In this document: one piece after another, positions 35,599 through 45,244 of the stretch
Position numbering within the stretch: the stretch's first letter is position 1
How the letters are laid out: every line of letters begins with the position of its first letter
Origin: an uncultured Gemmatimonas sp.
GTDB lineage: Bacteria > Gemmatimonadota > Gemmatimonadetes > Gemmatimonadales > Gemmatimonadaceae
Assembly: GCA_964557615.1 (NCBI GenBank)
Contig: CAZLAU010000001.1
Coordinates: forward strand, 403 to 64,402
DNA length: 64,000 nucleotides
Direction: 5' to 3'
The notes under the pieces: generated by a model
Databases searched by the model: none
Told to the model about the DNA's origin: nothing
Seen by the model: the letters and a program-made list of their open reading frames with translations, nothing else
Position numbers and translations under genes: made by a program

Positions 35599-37005
35599 TC
35601 ACCGCTCTTTCGCTACGATCTTTTGAGCCTCTTTGAGCTGGGCTGCGACGGCCTTTGGGCCGGTGCCTCCCGGTATCTCGCGATGCGAGATTGAGCGTTC
35701 GGGATCGAGCTCTCGCCGCGACGACGTGGTAAACAGCTCGTGCGCCGAGGCGAACGCGGCCGACGGAAGGTCCGGCAAATCGATCCCGGCATCTTCAGCC
35801 GTTCGAATGAGCGACCCGACGGCGTGGTGCGCCGACCGAAAGGTCGCCCCGCGTCGCACCAGCGCGTCGGCCAGGTCCGTGGCCATCATGGATGGCGATA
35901 CCGCCGCCCGCATCCGCTCGCGGTTGAACTGCAGTGTTTGAATCGTACCGGCAACGGCTGGGAGGAGCAGGACGACGGCGTCGAGGCCGTCGAACAGGGC
36001 GCGCTTGTCTTCCTGAAAGTCCTTGTTGTATCCGCTTGGCGTCCCCTTCAGCATTCCCAGAATTGCGACGAGGTCTCCTCCGACGCGCGCCGGGGCGGAG
36101 CGGGCAAGCTCGAGGGCATCTGGGTTGCGTTTCTGCGGCATCATCGAGCTGCCGGTGCTGAACGCGTCACCGAAGCGTACGAACGAAAATTCGCTTGAAC
36201 CGAACAGGATCAGATCCTCGGCGAGTCGCGACAGGTGCGTCGTCAGCATGGTCAGCGCGAACAGCGCATCCGCCACGAAATCGCGGTCGCCGACGGCGTC
36301 AATGCTATTCGGCGAAATCGCACGAAACCCCAGCTCGCGGGCAAGGCGTTTTCGGTTGACTCGGAATGCGGAGCCCGCGATGGCGCCGGAGCCGAGCGGC
36401 ATGACACCCGCTGCCTGCCTCGCTGCCTGCAAACGGTCCCGGTCGCGATTGAGCGCCCAGAAATGCGCCAGCAGCCAGTGCGCGGTACTCACCGGCTGGG
36501 CACGCTGGAGATGCGTGTACGCCGGCATGATTGCGTCGACAATGCCCGCTGCGCGGTTCACGCAGGTTCGCTGCAAGGCGAGTGTTTCGCGCTCAACACG
36601 CGTGAGCGCGTCCATGACGTACAGGCGCGATGCCGTGGCGACCTGATCGTTGCGGCTTCGCCCGGTGTGCAGGCGCGAAGCGAGATCGCCGGCCTCGTCG
36701 TGGAGCAGCCGGTCGATGAGCGTATGGATGTCCTCATCACTCGAGAGCGGTCTGATCCCAGCGTCGATCCTCTTGCCGACGCGCGTCAGCGCGCGCCGCA
36801 CCCGCTCCGCTTCAGCTCGCGAAAACACCCGCGCACCCACCAGCGCTGCCGCCCAGGCGCGGGAGAGCTGGATATCGAACGGCCAGAGGCGAAAATCAAC
36901 GTCGATGGATCGGTTGACGGCGACGAGTGCCGGGGCCGGTCCACCTGCGAACCGCCCGCCCCACAGCTTGTGCGCCCGTGGCCCCTTGCGGCGCTGGCGC
37001 TTCAT
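35599..37005 (-). CDS. argH: argininosuccinate lyase
   Basis: KLWGGRF N-terminus and fumarate-lyase signature GSSMMPQKRNP. Start overlaps the argG stop (ATGA). Confidence 0.93.
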   Translation of the reverse strand: MKRQRRKGPRAHKLWGGRFAGGPAPALVAVNRSIDVDFRLWPFDIQLSRAWAAALVGARVFSRAEAERVRRALTRVGKRIDAGIRPLSSDEDIHTLIDRLLHDEAGDLASRLHTGRSRNDQVATASRLYVMDALTRVERETLALQRTCVNRAAGIVDAIMPAYTHLQRAQPVSTAHWLLAHFWALNRDRDRLQAARQAAGVMPLGSGAIAGSAFRVNRKRLARELGFRAISPNSIDAVGDRDFVADALFALTMLTTHLSRLAEDLILFGSSEFSFVRFGDAFSTGSSMMPQKRNPDALELARSAPARVGGDLVAILGMLKGTPSGYNKDFQEDKRALFDGLDAVVLLLPAVAGTIQTLQFNRERMRAAVSPSMMATDLADALVRRGATFRSAHHAVGSLIRTAEDAGIDLPDLPSAAFASAHELFTTSSRRELDPERSISHREIPGGTGPKAVAAQLKEAQKIVAKER

Positions 37006-38279
37006 ACGCCGGCGAGGTCGCCGGGCTTGGGCACTCGGGTGTTCTTGACGTTTCCGGCAGACGACGCCTTCGCGTCGCCGGCGGCTTCCAGGTCCTTGAG
37101 CGCCCGTACGCGCGCTGCCAGACCAAACAGCCGGATGAAGCCCGCGGCGTCACTCTGTTCGTAGACGTCGTCCTCGCCGAATGTAACGAAGCGCTCGTCA
37201 TACAACGCATGCGCGCTCTGCCGCCCTGCGATCGTGACGGTGCCTCGGCATAGGCGGAGGGTGATCGTGCCTGTGACCCGACCTTGCGTGGCGTTTACAA
37301 ATGCATCGTACGCCTCACGTTCCGTCGTCCACCACCGACCCTCGTACACGAGGTCAGCGTACCTCGGCGCGATCAGGTCCTTCGCCGCCAGCGTGCGACG
37401 ATCAAGGACCAGCATTTCGAGTTCGCTGTGCGCGGTGTACAGCAGTGTTCCCCCGGGGGTTTCATACACGCCCCGCGATTTCATGCCGACCAGGCGATCT
37501 TCGACGATGTCTGCCCTGCCGACACCGTGCCGACCGCCGATTTCGTTCAAGCGGGTGAGCAGCGCGACGGGGTCCAGCCGGTCACCGTTCACCGAAACGG
37601 GCGTACCAGCCTCGAATCCGATGGTCACATCCTCGGGCGTCTGTGGCGCGTCCGCGGGATCGGTGGTGAGCATGAACAGATCCTTGGGCGGTACGCTGTT
37701 CGGATCCTCGAGGACGCCGCCTTCGTGTGAGATGTGCCAGATGTTCCTGTCGCGCGAGTAGATCTTGGTCGCCGTTGCCGTGACCGGCACGTTGTGGGCG
37801 GCCGCGTACGCGAGCGCATCCTCACGCGAACGGATGTCCCACATGCGCCAAGGGGCAATCACCGGAAGGTCCGGGGCAAACGCCATGTAGGTCAGCTCGA
37901 ACCGGACTTGGTCGTTCCCCTTGCCGGTGCATCCATGGGATAGCGCGTCGGCGCCCACGAGGCGCGCGACTTCCACCTGCTTTCGCGCGATCAAGGGCCG
38001 CGCCATCGACGTGCCCAGCAAGTACTTGCGGTTATAGATGGCCCCTGCCCGCAACGTCGGAAAGATGAAGTCGCGGACGTACTCCATCCGGAGATCCTCG
38101 ACATAGCACTCTGCGGCCCCGGACGCGATGGCTTTCTGCTTTACGCCATCAAGTTCTTCGCCGCCCTGACCGATGTCGGCAGCGACGCACACGACCTTGG
38201 CGTCATACTGCTCGCGGAGCCACGGAACGATGATCGAGGTATCAAGGCCGCCCGAGTAGGCGAGCGCGATCGTGCGCAT
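37002..38279 (-). CDS. argG: argininosuccinate synthase
   Basis: AYSGGLDTS N-terminus and a conserved ArgG core. Confidence 0.95.
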   Translation of the reverse strand: MRTIALAYSGGLDTSIIVPWLREQYDAKVVCVAADIGQGGEELDGVKQKAIASGAAECYVEDLRMEYVRDFIFPTLRAGAIYNRKYLLGTSMARPLIARKQVEVARLVGADALSHGCTGKGNDQVRFELTYMAFAPDLPVIAPWRMWDIRSREDALAYAAAHNVPVTATATKIYSRDRNIWHISHEGGVLEDPNSVPPKDLFMLTTDPADAPQTPEDVTIGFEAGTPVSVNGDRLDPVALLTRLNEIGGRHGVGRADIVEDRLVGMKSRGVYETPGGTLLYTAHSELEMLVLDRRTLAAKDLIAPRYADLVYEGRWWTTEREAYDAFVNATQGRVTGTITLRLCRGTVTIAGRQSAHALYDERFVTFGEDDVYEQSDAAGFIRLFGLAARVRALKDLEAAGDAKASSAGNVKNTRVPKPGDLAGV

Positions 38280-38311
38280 CTGAAATCTCCACTGGTGATG
38301 AATACAGCCGG

Positions 38312-38353
38312 TTTTTACATACGCATGATACTCACATAAATATGCGCATTCAA
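38312..38353. promoter_or_regulatory. AT-rich candidate ArgR operator / argGH promoter region
   Basis: CATACGCATG...TATGCGCATTCAA between argR and argG. On the argG strand it reads TTGAATGCGCATAT, which contains a TGAAT half-box. Confidence 0.4.
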
Positions 38354-38385
38354 GGCCAAAAACAGCATTCTGTCAGGTTGAAAAC

Positions 38386-38847
38386 CTACTGGCGCGCCAG
38401 CGTCAACAGTCGCTTGGTGACTCGGTCGCGAGCGGCGTCGGATCGGCAAATGATGAGGATGGTGTTCTCCCCCGCGATGGTTCCCAGAATGTCCGGGTTG
38501 TCTTCGGCATCGATGGCCTCGGCAATCGGCTGGGCACCGGCGATGCGGGTGCGCACCACAATAAACTCCCGAACCGAATCGAGTCGCGAAAAAAACTGGG
38601 GAAAGATCGAACCCAGTGAAGCACGTTCTTCCTCAGGTACCGAGGCCTCGGCGGTTGTATACCGCGGGCCGGATGCGGTGGCCACGCGGGCAAGGCGCAA
38701 GTCGCGCATGTCGCGCGACAACGTCGATTGTGTCACGTCCCAACCGCGCTCGCCAAGCAGCTGGCGCAGCTCTTCCTGGCTCGCCACGGCGCGTGATTCG
38801 ACGATCTCTCGTATTACCTGCTGACGGTCGTGCTTGGCGGCAGTCAT
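38386..38847 (-). CDS. argR: arginine repressor
   Basis: wHTH QEELRQLLGERGWDVTQSTLSRDMRDL and C-terminal GTIAGENTILII. ATG 38847 chosen. Confidence 0.88.
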   Translation of the reverse strand: MTAAKHDRQQVIREIVESRAVASQEELRQLLGERGWDVTQSTLSRDMRDLRLARVATASGPRYTTAEASVPEEERASLGSIFPQFFSRLDSVREFIVVRTRIAGAQPIAEAIDAEDNPDILGTIAGENTILIICRSDAARDRVTKRLLTLARQ

Positions 38848-38905
38848 GCGCAGCCGGATCCGGAAAGAGGTGGCGGGTGATGCGCCCGATGAAGAATACC
38901 AGCAG

Positions 38906-38950
38906 TTGACAGGAATATGCAGCAAACTTATGCATTAAGTATGCATAAAA
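38906..38950 (+). promoter_or_regulatory. argC promoter with candidate ArgR operators
   Basis: TTGACA (38906-38911), a 17-bp spacer, then TATGCA. TATGCA(T) repeats start at 38916, 38929 and 38940 (13 and 11 bp apart) and overlap the ATG at 38941. Confidence 0.45.
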
Positions 38951-39909
38951 TCCCGATCGGCGTGCTCGGCGCCAGCGGTTATGCCGGTCGAGAACTGTGC
39001 GCGCTCGTCTCGACGCATCCGAATCTCGCCCTCGCGTTTGCGACCGCAAACGCGCAGAGCGGCACGACGCTGGATTTACCGGGCGGCGACCGCGTCACGT
39101 TCGTTCCCACGGACGAAGCGCCGCTGGCCGAGGCGGCACTCGTCTTCAGTGCGTTGCCGCACGGCGCCTCGCGGGAGTGGGTAGCGAAGGCGGCGACGGC
39201 CGGCGCGAAGGTGGTCGACCTGTCCAACGACCTGCGCATCGGGAACGGCGCGGACACGCCGCCGGTGCCCTACGGGCTGACGGAAGCACGGCGTACGCAG
39301 ATCGCCGGAGCCGCCGTCGTGGCCAACCCGGGCTGCTACCCCACATCGGTGCTGCTGGGGTTGCTGCCCGTACTCGAAGCGGGACTGATTGCCCCGGGCG
39401 GAGTGATCTCGATCAGTGCCGCGAGTGGGGTGACCGGAGCGGGACTGACGCCACGTCTCGATCTCCTGTTCGGGGAGGTCACGGAGAACTTCCGCGCGTA
39501 CGGAGCCGGAAACACGCATCGCCATCTCAATGAGATGCGCGCGATGGTCGCCGAACTAGGGGCGGACGTCGACCTGCTCTTCACGCCGCACCTTCTTCCG
39601 ACGGCGCGCGGGATACTGGCGACGATGACCGTACCGCTCAGGGCGCCGCTGAGCGACGCCTCCGGGCTGTGGCGCCAACGTTACGCGAGCGAACCGTTCG
39701 TCGAAGTCGTCGATACGCCGCCGGAGCTGCGTCACGTCGTGCACCGGAATGTCGCTCGCATTCACGTCACGCCGGTGGCGCATGTGCGCACGCCGACGCT
39801 CCTCGTCCTGTGCGCGATAGACAACCTGGTGAAGGGCGCCGCGGGACAGGCCGTACAGAACGCGAATCTCATGCTCGGCCTGGATGAAACGGCCGGACTT
39901 CCCGCCTGA
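38941..39909 (+). CDS. argC: N-acetyl-gamma-glutamyl-phosphate reductase
   Basis: IGVLGASGYAG Rossmann N-terminus and active-site NPGCYPT. ATG 38941 preferred over 38917. Confidence 0.9.
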   Translation: MHKIPIGVLGASGYAGRELCALVSTHPNLALAFATANAQSGTTLDLPGGDRVTFVPTDEAPLAEAALVFSALPHGASREWVAKAATAGAKVVDLSNDLRIGNGADTPPVPYGLTEARRTQIAGAAVVANPGCYPTSVLLGLLPVLEAGLIAPGGVISISAASGVTGAGLTPRLDLLFGEVTENFRAYGAGNTHRHLNEMRAMVAELGADVDLLFTPHLLPTARGILATMTVPLRAPLSDASGLWRQRYASEPFVEVVDTPPELRHVVHRNVARIHVTPVAHVRTPTLLVLCAIDNLVKGAAGQAVQNANLMLGLDETAGLPA

Positions 39910-39922
39910 GGCGCCGACGCGA

Positions 39923-40687
39923 ATGATCCGCATCATCAAGGTTGGCGGCCGGGCGCAGGGAGATCCGGCGCTGATCACGGCGATCGTCACAGCGGCGCGT
40001 AGCGGAGACTCCGTGTGCGTGGTGCACGGCGGCGGAGACGAGGTGTCGGCGCTGCAGCGGCGGCTCGGCCTCGAGCCCGCGTTCATTGGCGGGCGCCGCG
40101 TGACCACTCCGGCGGACCTTGAAGTGGTGCGCATGGTGCTCTCCGGGACGATCAACAAGCGGATCGTCGCACAGTTGATATCCGCGGGCGTTCCGGCGGT
40201 TGGAATTTCAGGAGAGGACGGTGGGCTCTTTCACGCGGCTGTCACGGATCCGCAGATGGGGCGCGTTGGAGGGGCCGTTCGCGCAGACGCGTCGCTGGTC
40301 AAGCACCTCATGGCGGCCGGATTCGTTCCCGTGGTTTCACCTGTTGCGCGGGAAGACGACGCCGAGGCTCCGGGTGGGGCATTGAACGTCAACGGCGACG
40401 ACGCAGCGGCCGCGCTGGCGGCTGCCGTCGGGGCCGATGACCTCGTGTTGGTCGCCGATGTTCCCGGTGTTCTCGACGAGGGTCAGGTGGTTCGCCGCGT
40501 AGATGCGGATGCCGTCGCCGTATTGATCAGGCGAGGCGTGATCACCGGTGGGATGGCCGCGAAGCTCGAAGCAGCAGCCATCGCGGCGAGCGGGGGTGTC
40601 AAACAGGTGCGAATTGCCGGCGTGTCCGGCGTGCTGGATGTGTCTGCCGGCACGCGGTTCCAGTCATCTCCTTCACCAGTACGGTAG
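39923..40687 (+). CDS. argB: acetylglutamate kinase
   Basis: IIKVGG amino-acid-kinase N-terminus and LNVNGDDAAAALA. ATG 39923 chosen. Confidence 0.9.
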   Translation: MIRIIKVGGRAQGDPALITAIVTAARSGDSVCVVHGGGDEVSALQRRLGLEPAFIGGRRVTTPADLEVVRMVLSGTINKRIVAQLISAGVPAVGISGEDGGLFHAAVTDPQMGRVGGAVRADASLVKHLMAAGFVPVVSPVAREDDAEAPGGALNVNGDDAAAALAAAVGADDLVLVADVPGVLDEGQVVRRVDADAVAVLIRRGVITGGMAAKLEAAAIAASGGVKQVRIAGVSGVLDVSAGTRFQSSPSPVR

Positions 40688-40692
40688 CGAAC

Positions 40693-41874
40693 ATGGCAGC
40701 CACTCTTTCAGCAGCGGCCGATGCGTTGTTGGGCGTCTATCGGCGACCGCCGGTTGAATTCGTCAGCGGTTCAGGGGTCGAACTGACCGACGCGGACGGC
40801 AAGACCTATCTCGACTTCGTGGCCGGGATCGCGGTCAACGCACTTGGCTACCGCGATGCCGGGCTCATCCAGGCGATGCACGACGCGGCCGACGCGTCAC
40901 TGATCCATACATCCAACCTGTATCGAACGCAGCCTGCGGAACGACTCGCCGAGCGACTGGTCGAGAAGAGTTTTGCCGACAAGGTGTTCTTCTGCAATTC
41001 GGGGGCAGAGGCGAACGAGGCGGCATTCAAGCTGGCCCGGCGCTGGGGTCGCGCACAGGGTGGCGTGGCCAAGCACGAGATCATCTCGCTTCGCGGCGGG
41101 TTCCACGGACGGCTGTTCGGGACACTCGCAGCCACCGACCGCCCGCAGTATCGCGCGCCGTTCCGGCCGCTTGCCGGTGGCATCTCAATATGCGAACGCG
41201 ACCTGGACGATCTCGGCGCCGCGCTGAACGCCGACACGGTCGCGGCGGTCATCGTCGAACCCGTACAGGGAGAAGGTGGGGTACGCGTGCTGGATCCGGC
41301 ATTCATGCGTGGATTGCGGACGCTCACGAAGGAACGGAACGTCCTGCTGATTCTGGACGAGATTCAATGCGGCTACGGACGGACGGGGCAGTTCTGGGCA
41401 TACGAGCAAGCCGGAATCGTGCCGGATATCCTGACGATTGCCAAGCCGATGGCCGGCGGCCTGCCGATGGGAGCCGTGCTCGCGACGGACGCGGTGGCCG
41501 GCGAAATGCAGCCCGGGGATCACGGCACGACATTTGGTGGCGGGCCATTTGTTGCGTCGGTTGCGCTCCACGTGCTTGATCGCCTTTCGAATCCGGCGAT
41601 GCTCGCGCACGTTCGGGAGCGAGGCAAGGAGATGCAGTCGGCGCTGACGGCGGTTCAGGCTACGACGCCCAAGGTCCGCGCGATTCGCGGCACCGGACTC
41701 ATATGGGGAATCGATGTCGCCGAGCCGGCGAAAGACATCATCGCCCGTGCGCTCGACTCCGGCCTGCTGGTCTGCTCCGCAGGCGAGCACACAATTCGCC
41801 TCGTGCCGCCGCTCATTCTCGGGAAGCCCGAACTCGAGCGTGGCGTGGCGCTGCTTCAGCAAGCGATCGGCTGA
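40693..41874 (+). CDS. argD: acetylornithine aminotransferase
   Basis: Class III aminotransferase blocks LILDEIQCGYGRTG and TIAKPMAGG. Confidence 0.9.
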   Translation: MAATLSAAADALLGVYRRPPVEFVSGSGVELTDADGKTYLDFVAGIAVNALGYRDAGLIQAMHDAADASLIHTSNLYRTQPAERLAERLVEKSFADKVFFCNSGAEANEAAFKLARRWGRAQGGVAKHEIISLRGGFHGRLFGTLAATDRPQYRAPFRPLAGGISICERDLDDLGAALNADTVAAVIVEPVQGEGGVRVLDPAFMRGLRTLTKERNVLLILDEIQCGYGRTGQFWAYEQAGIVPDILTIAKPMAGGLPMGAVLATDAVAGEMQPGDHGTTFGGGPFVASVALHVLDRLSNPAMLAHVRERGKEMQSALTAVQATTPKVRAIRGTGLIWGIDVAEPAKDIIARALDSGLLVCSAGEHTIRLVPPLILGKPELERGVALLQQAIG

Positions 41875-41932
41875 CGTCGTCCGCGCGAGGGGACGGGGGG
41901 GGCCCGGAAACACATGTTTTTGGGCTGCGAGT

Positions 41933-41952
41933 GAAGTCGCTCCGGCGACTTC
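41933..41952 (+). terminator. short hairpin after argD
   Basis: GAAGTCGC-TCCG-GCGACTTC (8-bp stem). No U-tract. Confidence 0.3.
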
Positions 41953-42041
41953 CCCGACGCTATGTGACGAACCCTCTAGCGGTTCGGGACGACTCTGAAC
42001 CATCCTAATCGGGCACGGCAGCTTACCCCAACACGTGTCTG

Positions 42042-43658
42042 ATGCAAACGATTCCGCACCGAAAGCGCCTCCCGACCGTATGTGTGGCGCTCGCAATTGT
42101 CGCGTGTGCGCCGGCCCAGGCGAGGTCCGTCGCCGAGCAAGCCGATCGCCCATCTCTCGTCGTCGTGGTCACGGTCGACCAGCTGCGGGCCGACTACTTC
42201 ACCCGTTTTGGCCCGCAGTTGACGGGCGGCCTCAAGCAACTCCGTGACGACGGTGCGTTTTTCGAGAACGGATTTCACGATCACGCAATAACCGAAACGG
42301 CGCCGGGTCACGCAGCGGTCCTGTCCGGGCGATATCCCGTCCACACCGGCATCGTGATGAACAGCCAGGGTGTCAACGGCGTTCCCGACGCCCAAGTCCT
42401 GGGCGGGCGTGCCACGGAGTCGGCATCGCCCGATCGCTTTCGCGGTACCACGCTGGCTGACTGGATGAAGGCAGCTGACGCCCGGACACGATGGCTGTCG
42501 GTGAGCCGGAAGGATCGGGGCGCCATCCTGACCATCGGGAAGGGAAAGGGCGACGTCTACTGGTACTACGGTACCGGAGATTTCACGACGAGCCGCTATT
42601 ACGCTGACGCGCTGCCCGGGTGGGTACGGGACTTCAATGCGGCGGGTCACGCTCAAGCGTACGCGGGGCGAACGTGGGATCTGGTCAATGACGCGGCGAC
42701 CTACCCCGAGCCCGATTCGGTTGGGGTCGAAATGAGCGCTGCCGGATTGGACTATCTGTTCCCCCATCGTGTGCCCGCGGATCGAGCACAGGCCGCCGCC
42801 GCGCTCGCCAGCTACCCCTTCATGGACGAGCTGACGCTTCGATTTGCCCTTCACGGTGTGCGTTCCCTGGGTCTGGGATCGCAGCGGGACCGCACCGACT
42901 TGCTGGCAGTGTCGTTGTCGACGACCGACGCGATCGGCCACCGGTATGGCCCCGATTCGCGCGAGCTCCACGATCAGATCCTCCGTCTCGATCGCTATCT
43001 CGGCACGTTCCTCGACTCGCTTCGCGGAATCGTCGGGAGCGGTCGGATCCTCCTGGCCCTCACCGCCGATCACGGCGTGACGCCGTCGCCGATGCTGAAA
43101 TCGACGATCTACCCAAACGGCGATGCCAAGCGGGTGTCGCTCGACCTGCCGTGGAGCGCGTTTCAGCAGCGGTTGTTGCGGGCGGGCGTAGACACGGCGG
43201 CCATCGCCATGGAAGACGGTCTGGTCATCGTCGGGCCGCAGGCGTTCAACGGTTCGCGGATTCCCCCCGACTCGATGCTGCGAGGCCTGGCCCGCGACCT
43301 GATGCGCGTGCAGGGCGTGCTTCGTGCAGATCTCATGACGGACCTTGCAAAGGCCGATACGACATCCGATGTGATCGCGCGACGCTGGCTGCACATGTTT
43401 TCACCACAGTCGAACGTGCGGCTGATCACGACGCTGACCCCATACAGCTACTGGCTGTCGACGACGTACCCGACGCACGGGTCGCCGCACGATTCGGACG
43501 CCGCCGTACCGATAGTGTTCTGGGGGGCCGGAGTCGTCCCGGGCCGCTTCACGGATACGGTCCGGGTCGTGGATATGGCGCCGACGCTCGCGGCCATTCT
43601 CCGGGTCCGGCCGCTGGAACGCACGGACGGCCGCGTCATCGTGCGAGTGGTGCGCTAA
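42042..43658 (+). CDS. alkaline-phosphatase-superfamily nucleotide pyrophosphatase/phosphodiesterase-like protein
   Basis: Signal peptide, ITETAPGHAAVLSGRYPVHTGIV, and LTADHGVTP metal site. Confidence 0.8.
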   Translation: MQTIPHRKRLPTVCVALAIVACAPAQARSVAEQADRPSLVVVVTVDQLRADYFTRFGPQLTGGLKQLRDDGAFFENGFHDHAITETAPGHAAVLSGRYPVHTGIVMNSQGVNGVPDAQVLGGRATESASPDRFRGTTLADWMKAADARTRWLSVSRKDRGAILTIGKGKGDVYWYYGTGDFTTSRYYADALPGWVRDFNAAGHAQAYAGRTWDLVNDAATYPEPDSVGVEMSAAGLDYLFPHRVPADRAQAAAALASYPFMDELTLRFALHGVRSLGLGSQRDRTDLLAVSLSTTDAIGHRYGPDSRELHDQILRLDRYLGTFLDSLRGIVGSGRILLALTADHGVTPSPMLKSTIYPNGDAKRVSLDLPWSAFQQRLLRAGVDTAAIAMEDGLVIVGPQAFNGSRIPPDSMLRGLARDLMRVQGVLRADLMTDLAKADTTSDVIARRWLHMFSPQSNVRLITTLTPYSYWLSTTYPTHGSPHDSDAAVPIVFWGAGVVPGRFTDTVRVVDMAPTLAAILRVRPLERTDGRVIVRVVR

Positions 43659-43664
43659 CCGGCC

Positions 43665-44285
43665 GTGATGGAGTCGCGGCAGGTGAGTCGGCCCGTTTCC
43701 CGCGCACTGGACGAGGTCAGGTTCGGACCCGCGCGCACGCTCGACCTTCGCGCGGGCCTTCCCTCGGTCGCCGAAGCAATCCGTCGGGCGGAGCCGTGGC
43801 TGCGCGAGCGGCAGATGGCACGAGCGGGTGAAGTGCTGATCGTCACCGGACGCGGCGCCGGGAGCGTCGGGGGCGTCGGCGCCATCCGGCAAGCCATGCA
43901 GGTGCTGCTGGCCCGACTCAAGCGCAGCGGCGTCGTCGCGAGCACTACCGAACACAACCCCGGAGCGTTCGCGGTGACGCTGGCTCCGATCCGGGCGCTG
44001 TTTGAAGTGCCTGCGCGGTCGCGCCAACGGCGCGAGCGACGCCCGACGCAGGCCGACCCGGTCGGCCTCGCCGCGCTCGACGTGGAGACGCGCGTCGAGC
44101 TGAGGCGACTCGCCGAGTGCTCGTTGCAGCAGCTTGGCGCGCCGACAACGGCGTCATTCGTCGAAGACGAAATGCTGCGGCAGTTCAGCGTTCTTGCCGC
44201 CGGCATCGATCCGGACGAGACGGACCGACAAGCCCGCCTGAAGTTCATGGTGACCGCAGCGCGCATGGCATACGAAAACGACTGA
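43665..44285 (+). CDS. Smr-domain protein
   Basis: LDLRAGLPSVAEA...VLIVTGRGAGS...LLARLK matches the Smr pattern (LDLHG...ivTGkG). Confidence 0.6.
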   Translation: MMESRQVSRPVSRALDEVRFGPARTLDLRAGLPSVAEAIRRAEPWLRERQMARAGEVLIVTGRGAGSVGGVGAIRQAMQVLLARLKRSGVVASTTEHNPGAFAVTLAPIRALFEVPARSRQRRERRPTQADPVGLAALDVETRVELRRLAECSLQQLGAPTTASFVEDEMLRQFSVLAAGIDPDETDRQARLKFMVTAARMAYEND

Positions 44286-44307
44286 CCCTCAACCTTCGCA
44301 TTCCGTC

Positions 44308-45225
44308 ATGGCCAAACCGATGCAAACGCTGGAACAACGCCCGCTTGGACGGGCCGGCCATCACACGTCGATTCTCGGCCTCAGCACCCGGCGTCTCGCC
44401 AAGGCGAGCCAGCGAACGGCGATTCAGGTGATCCGGCAGGCGATTGACAGTGGCATCTCAGTCATCGAATGCGCTCCCGACTACGGCGACGGCCGGGTGG
44501 AACGCTGGCTCGGACTCGCATTGCGGGACGGGTATCGTGAGCGGGTCACCCTGATCTGGCAGTGCTGCGCGCACCTTCGGGACTACAAGACATCGATGCA
44601 ACAGTTCGAGGAGTCGCTGCGCCGGGTCCGCACGCAGGCGTTCGAGTTCTGGAATTTTCACGAGGTCATCTACGACAACGACCCGGACTGGCTGTACGAC
44701 CACGGGGGTCTCGATGCGGCGCAGGAGGCGCGCGACCAGGGCCGCATCCGGTGGATCGGGTTCGGAGGCCACAAGTCACCGCACATCCACCTGAAGCTGA
44801 TCCACCGCGGATTCGCGTGGGATGCGATCACCATGCCGCTGAACCCATTCGACGCGACCTTCCGCTCGTTCGAGAAACAGGTGCTGCCGGAGGCCGTGCG
44901 CCGGGGGAGCGCCATATTCGGGTGCCGCCCGATCGCAGGCGGATCAATTGCAACGGCACGGGTCGTCAAGCCGGAAGAGTCGCTGCGCTACTGTTTCTCG
45001 CTGCCGACGAGCACGGTGTTCTGCGGAATGGAAACGCCTGCCGTGCTCCGCAAGAATGTGAAGTTCGCCGCGGGCTTCAAGCCGTTTCACGCCGGGGAGA
45101 TGGATGCGCTGCGCCAGCGGGCCCGGCAGGCGGCCGGAGATGGCCGATTCGAGCGATACAAGACGACGCTCGATTTCGACGGGCTTCCCGGCCAGGTCGC
45201 CCACGGATTCGCGAAGAAATCCTGA
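44308..45225 (+). CDS. aldo/keto reductase
   Basis: AKR-like N-terminus (LGRAGHHTSILGLS..., IECAPDYGDG) and IGFGGHK block. Confidence 0.8.
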   Translation: MAKPMQTLEQRPLGRAGHHTSILGLSTRRLAKASQRTAIQVIRQAIDSGISVIECAPDYGDGRVERWLGLALRDGYRERVTLIWQCCAHLRDYKTSMQQFEESLRRVRTQAFEFWNFHEVIYDNDPDWLYDHGGLDAAQEARDQGRIRWIGFGGHKSPHIHLKLIHRGFAWDAITMPLNPFDATFRSFEKQVLPEAVRRGSAIFGCRPIAGGSIATARVVKPEESLRYCFSLPTSTVFCGMETPAVLRKNVKFAAGFKPFHAGEMDALRQRARQAAGDGRFERYKTTLDFDGLPGQVAHGFAKKS

Positions 45226-45244
45226 GCTGCAGCAGGACGCGGCA

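Noticed and set aside
41976-43394. 472-aa minus-strand ORF
   Set aside because: It is antisense to the alkaline-phosphatase-superfamily gene, whose signal peptide and metal-site motifs are clear. No motifs on this strand.
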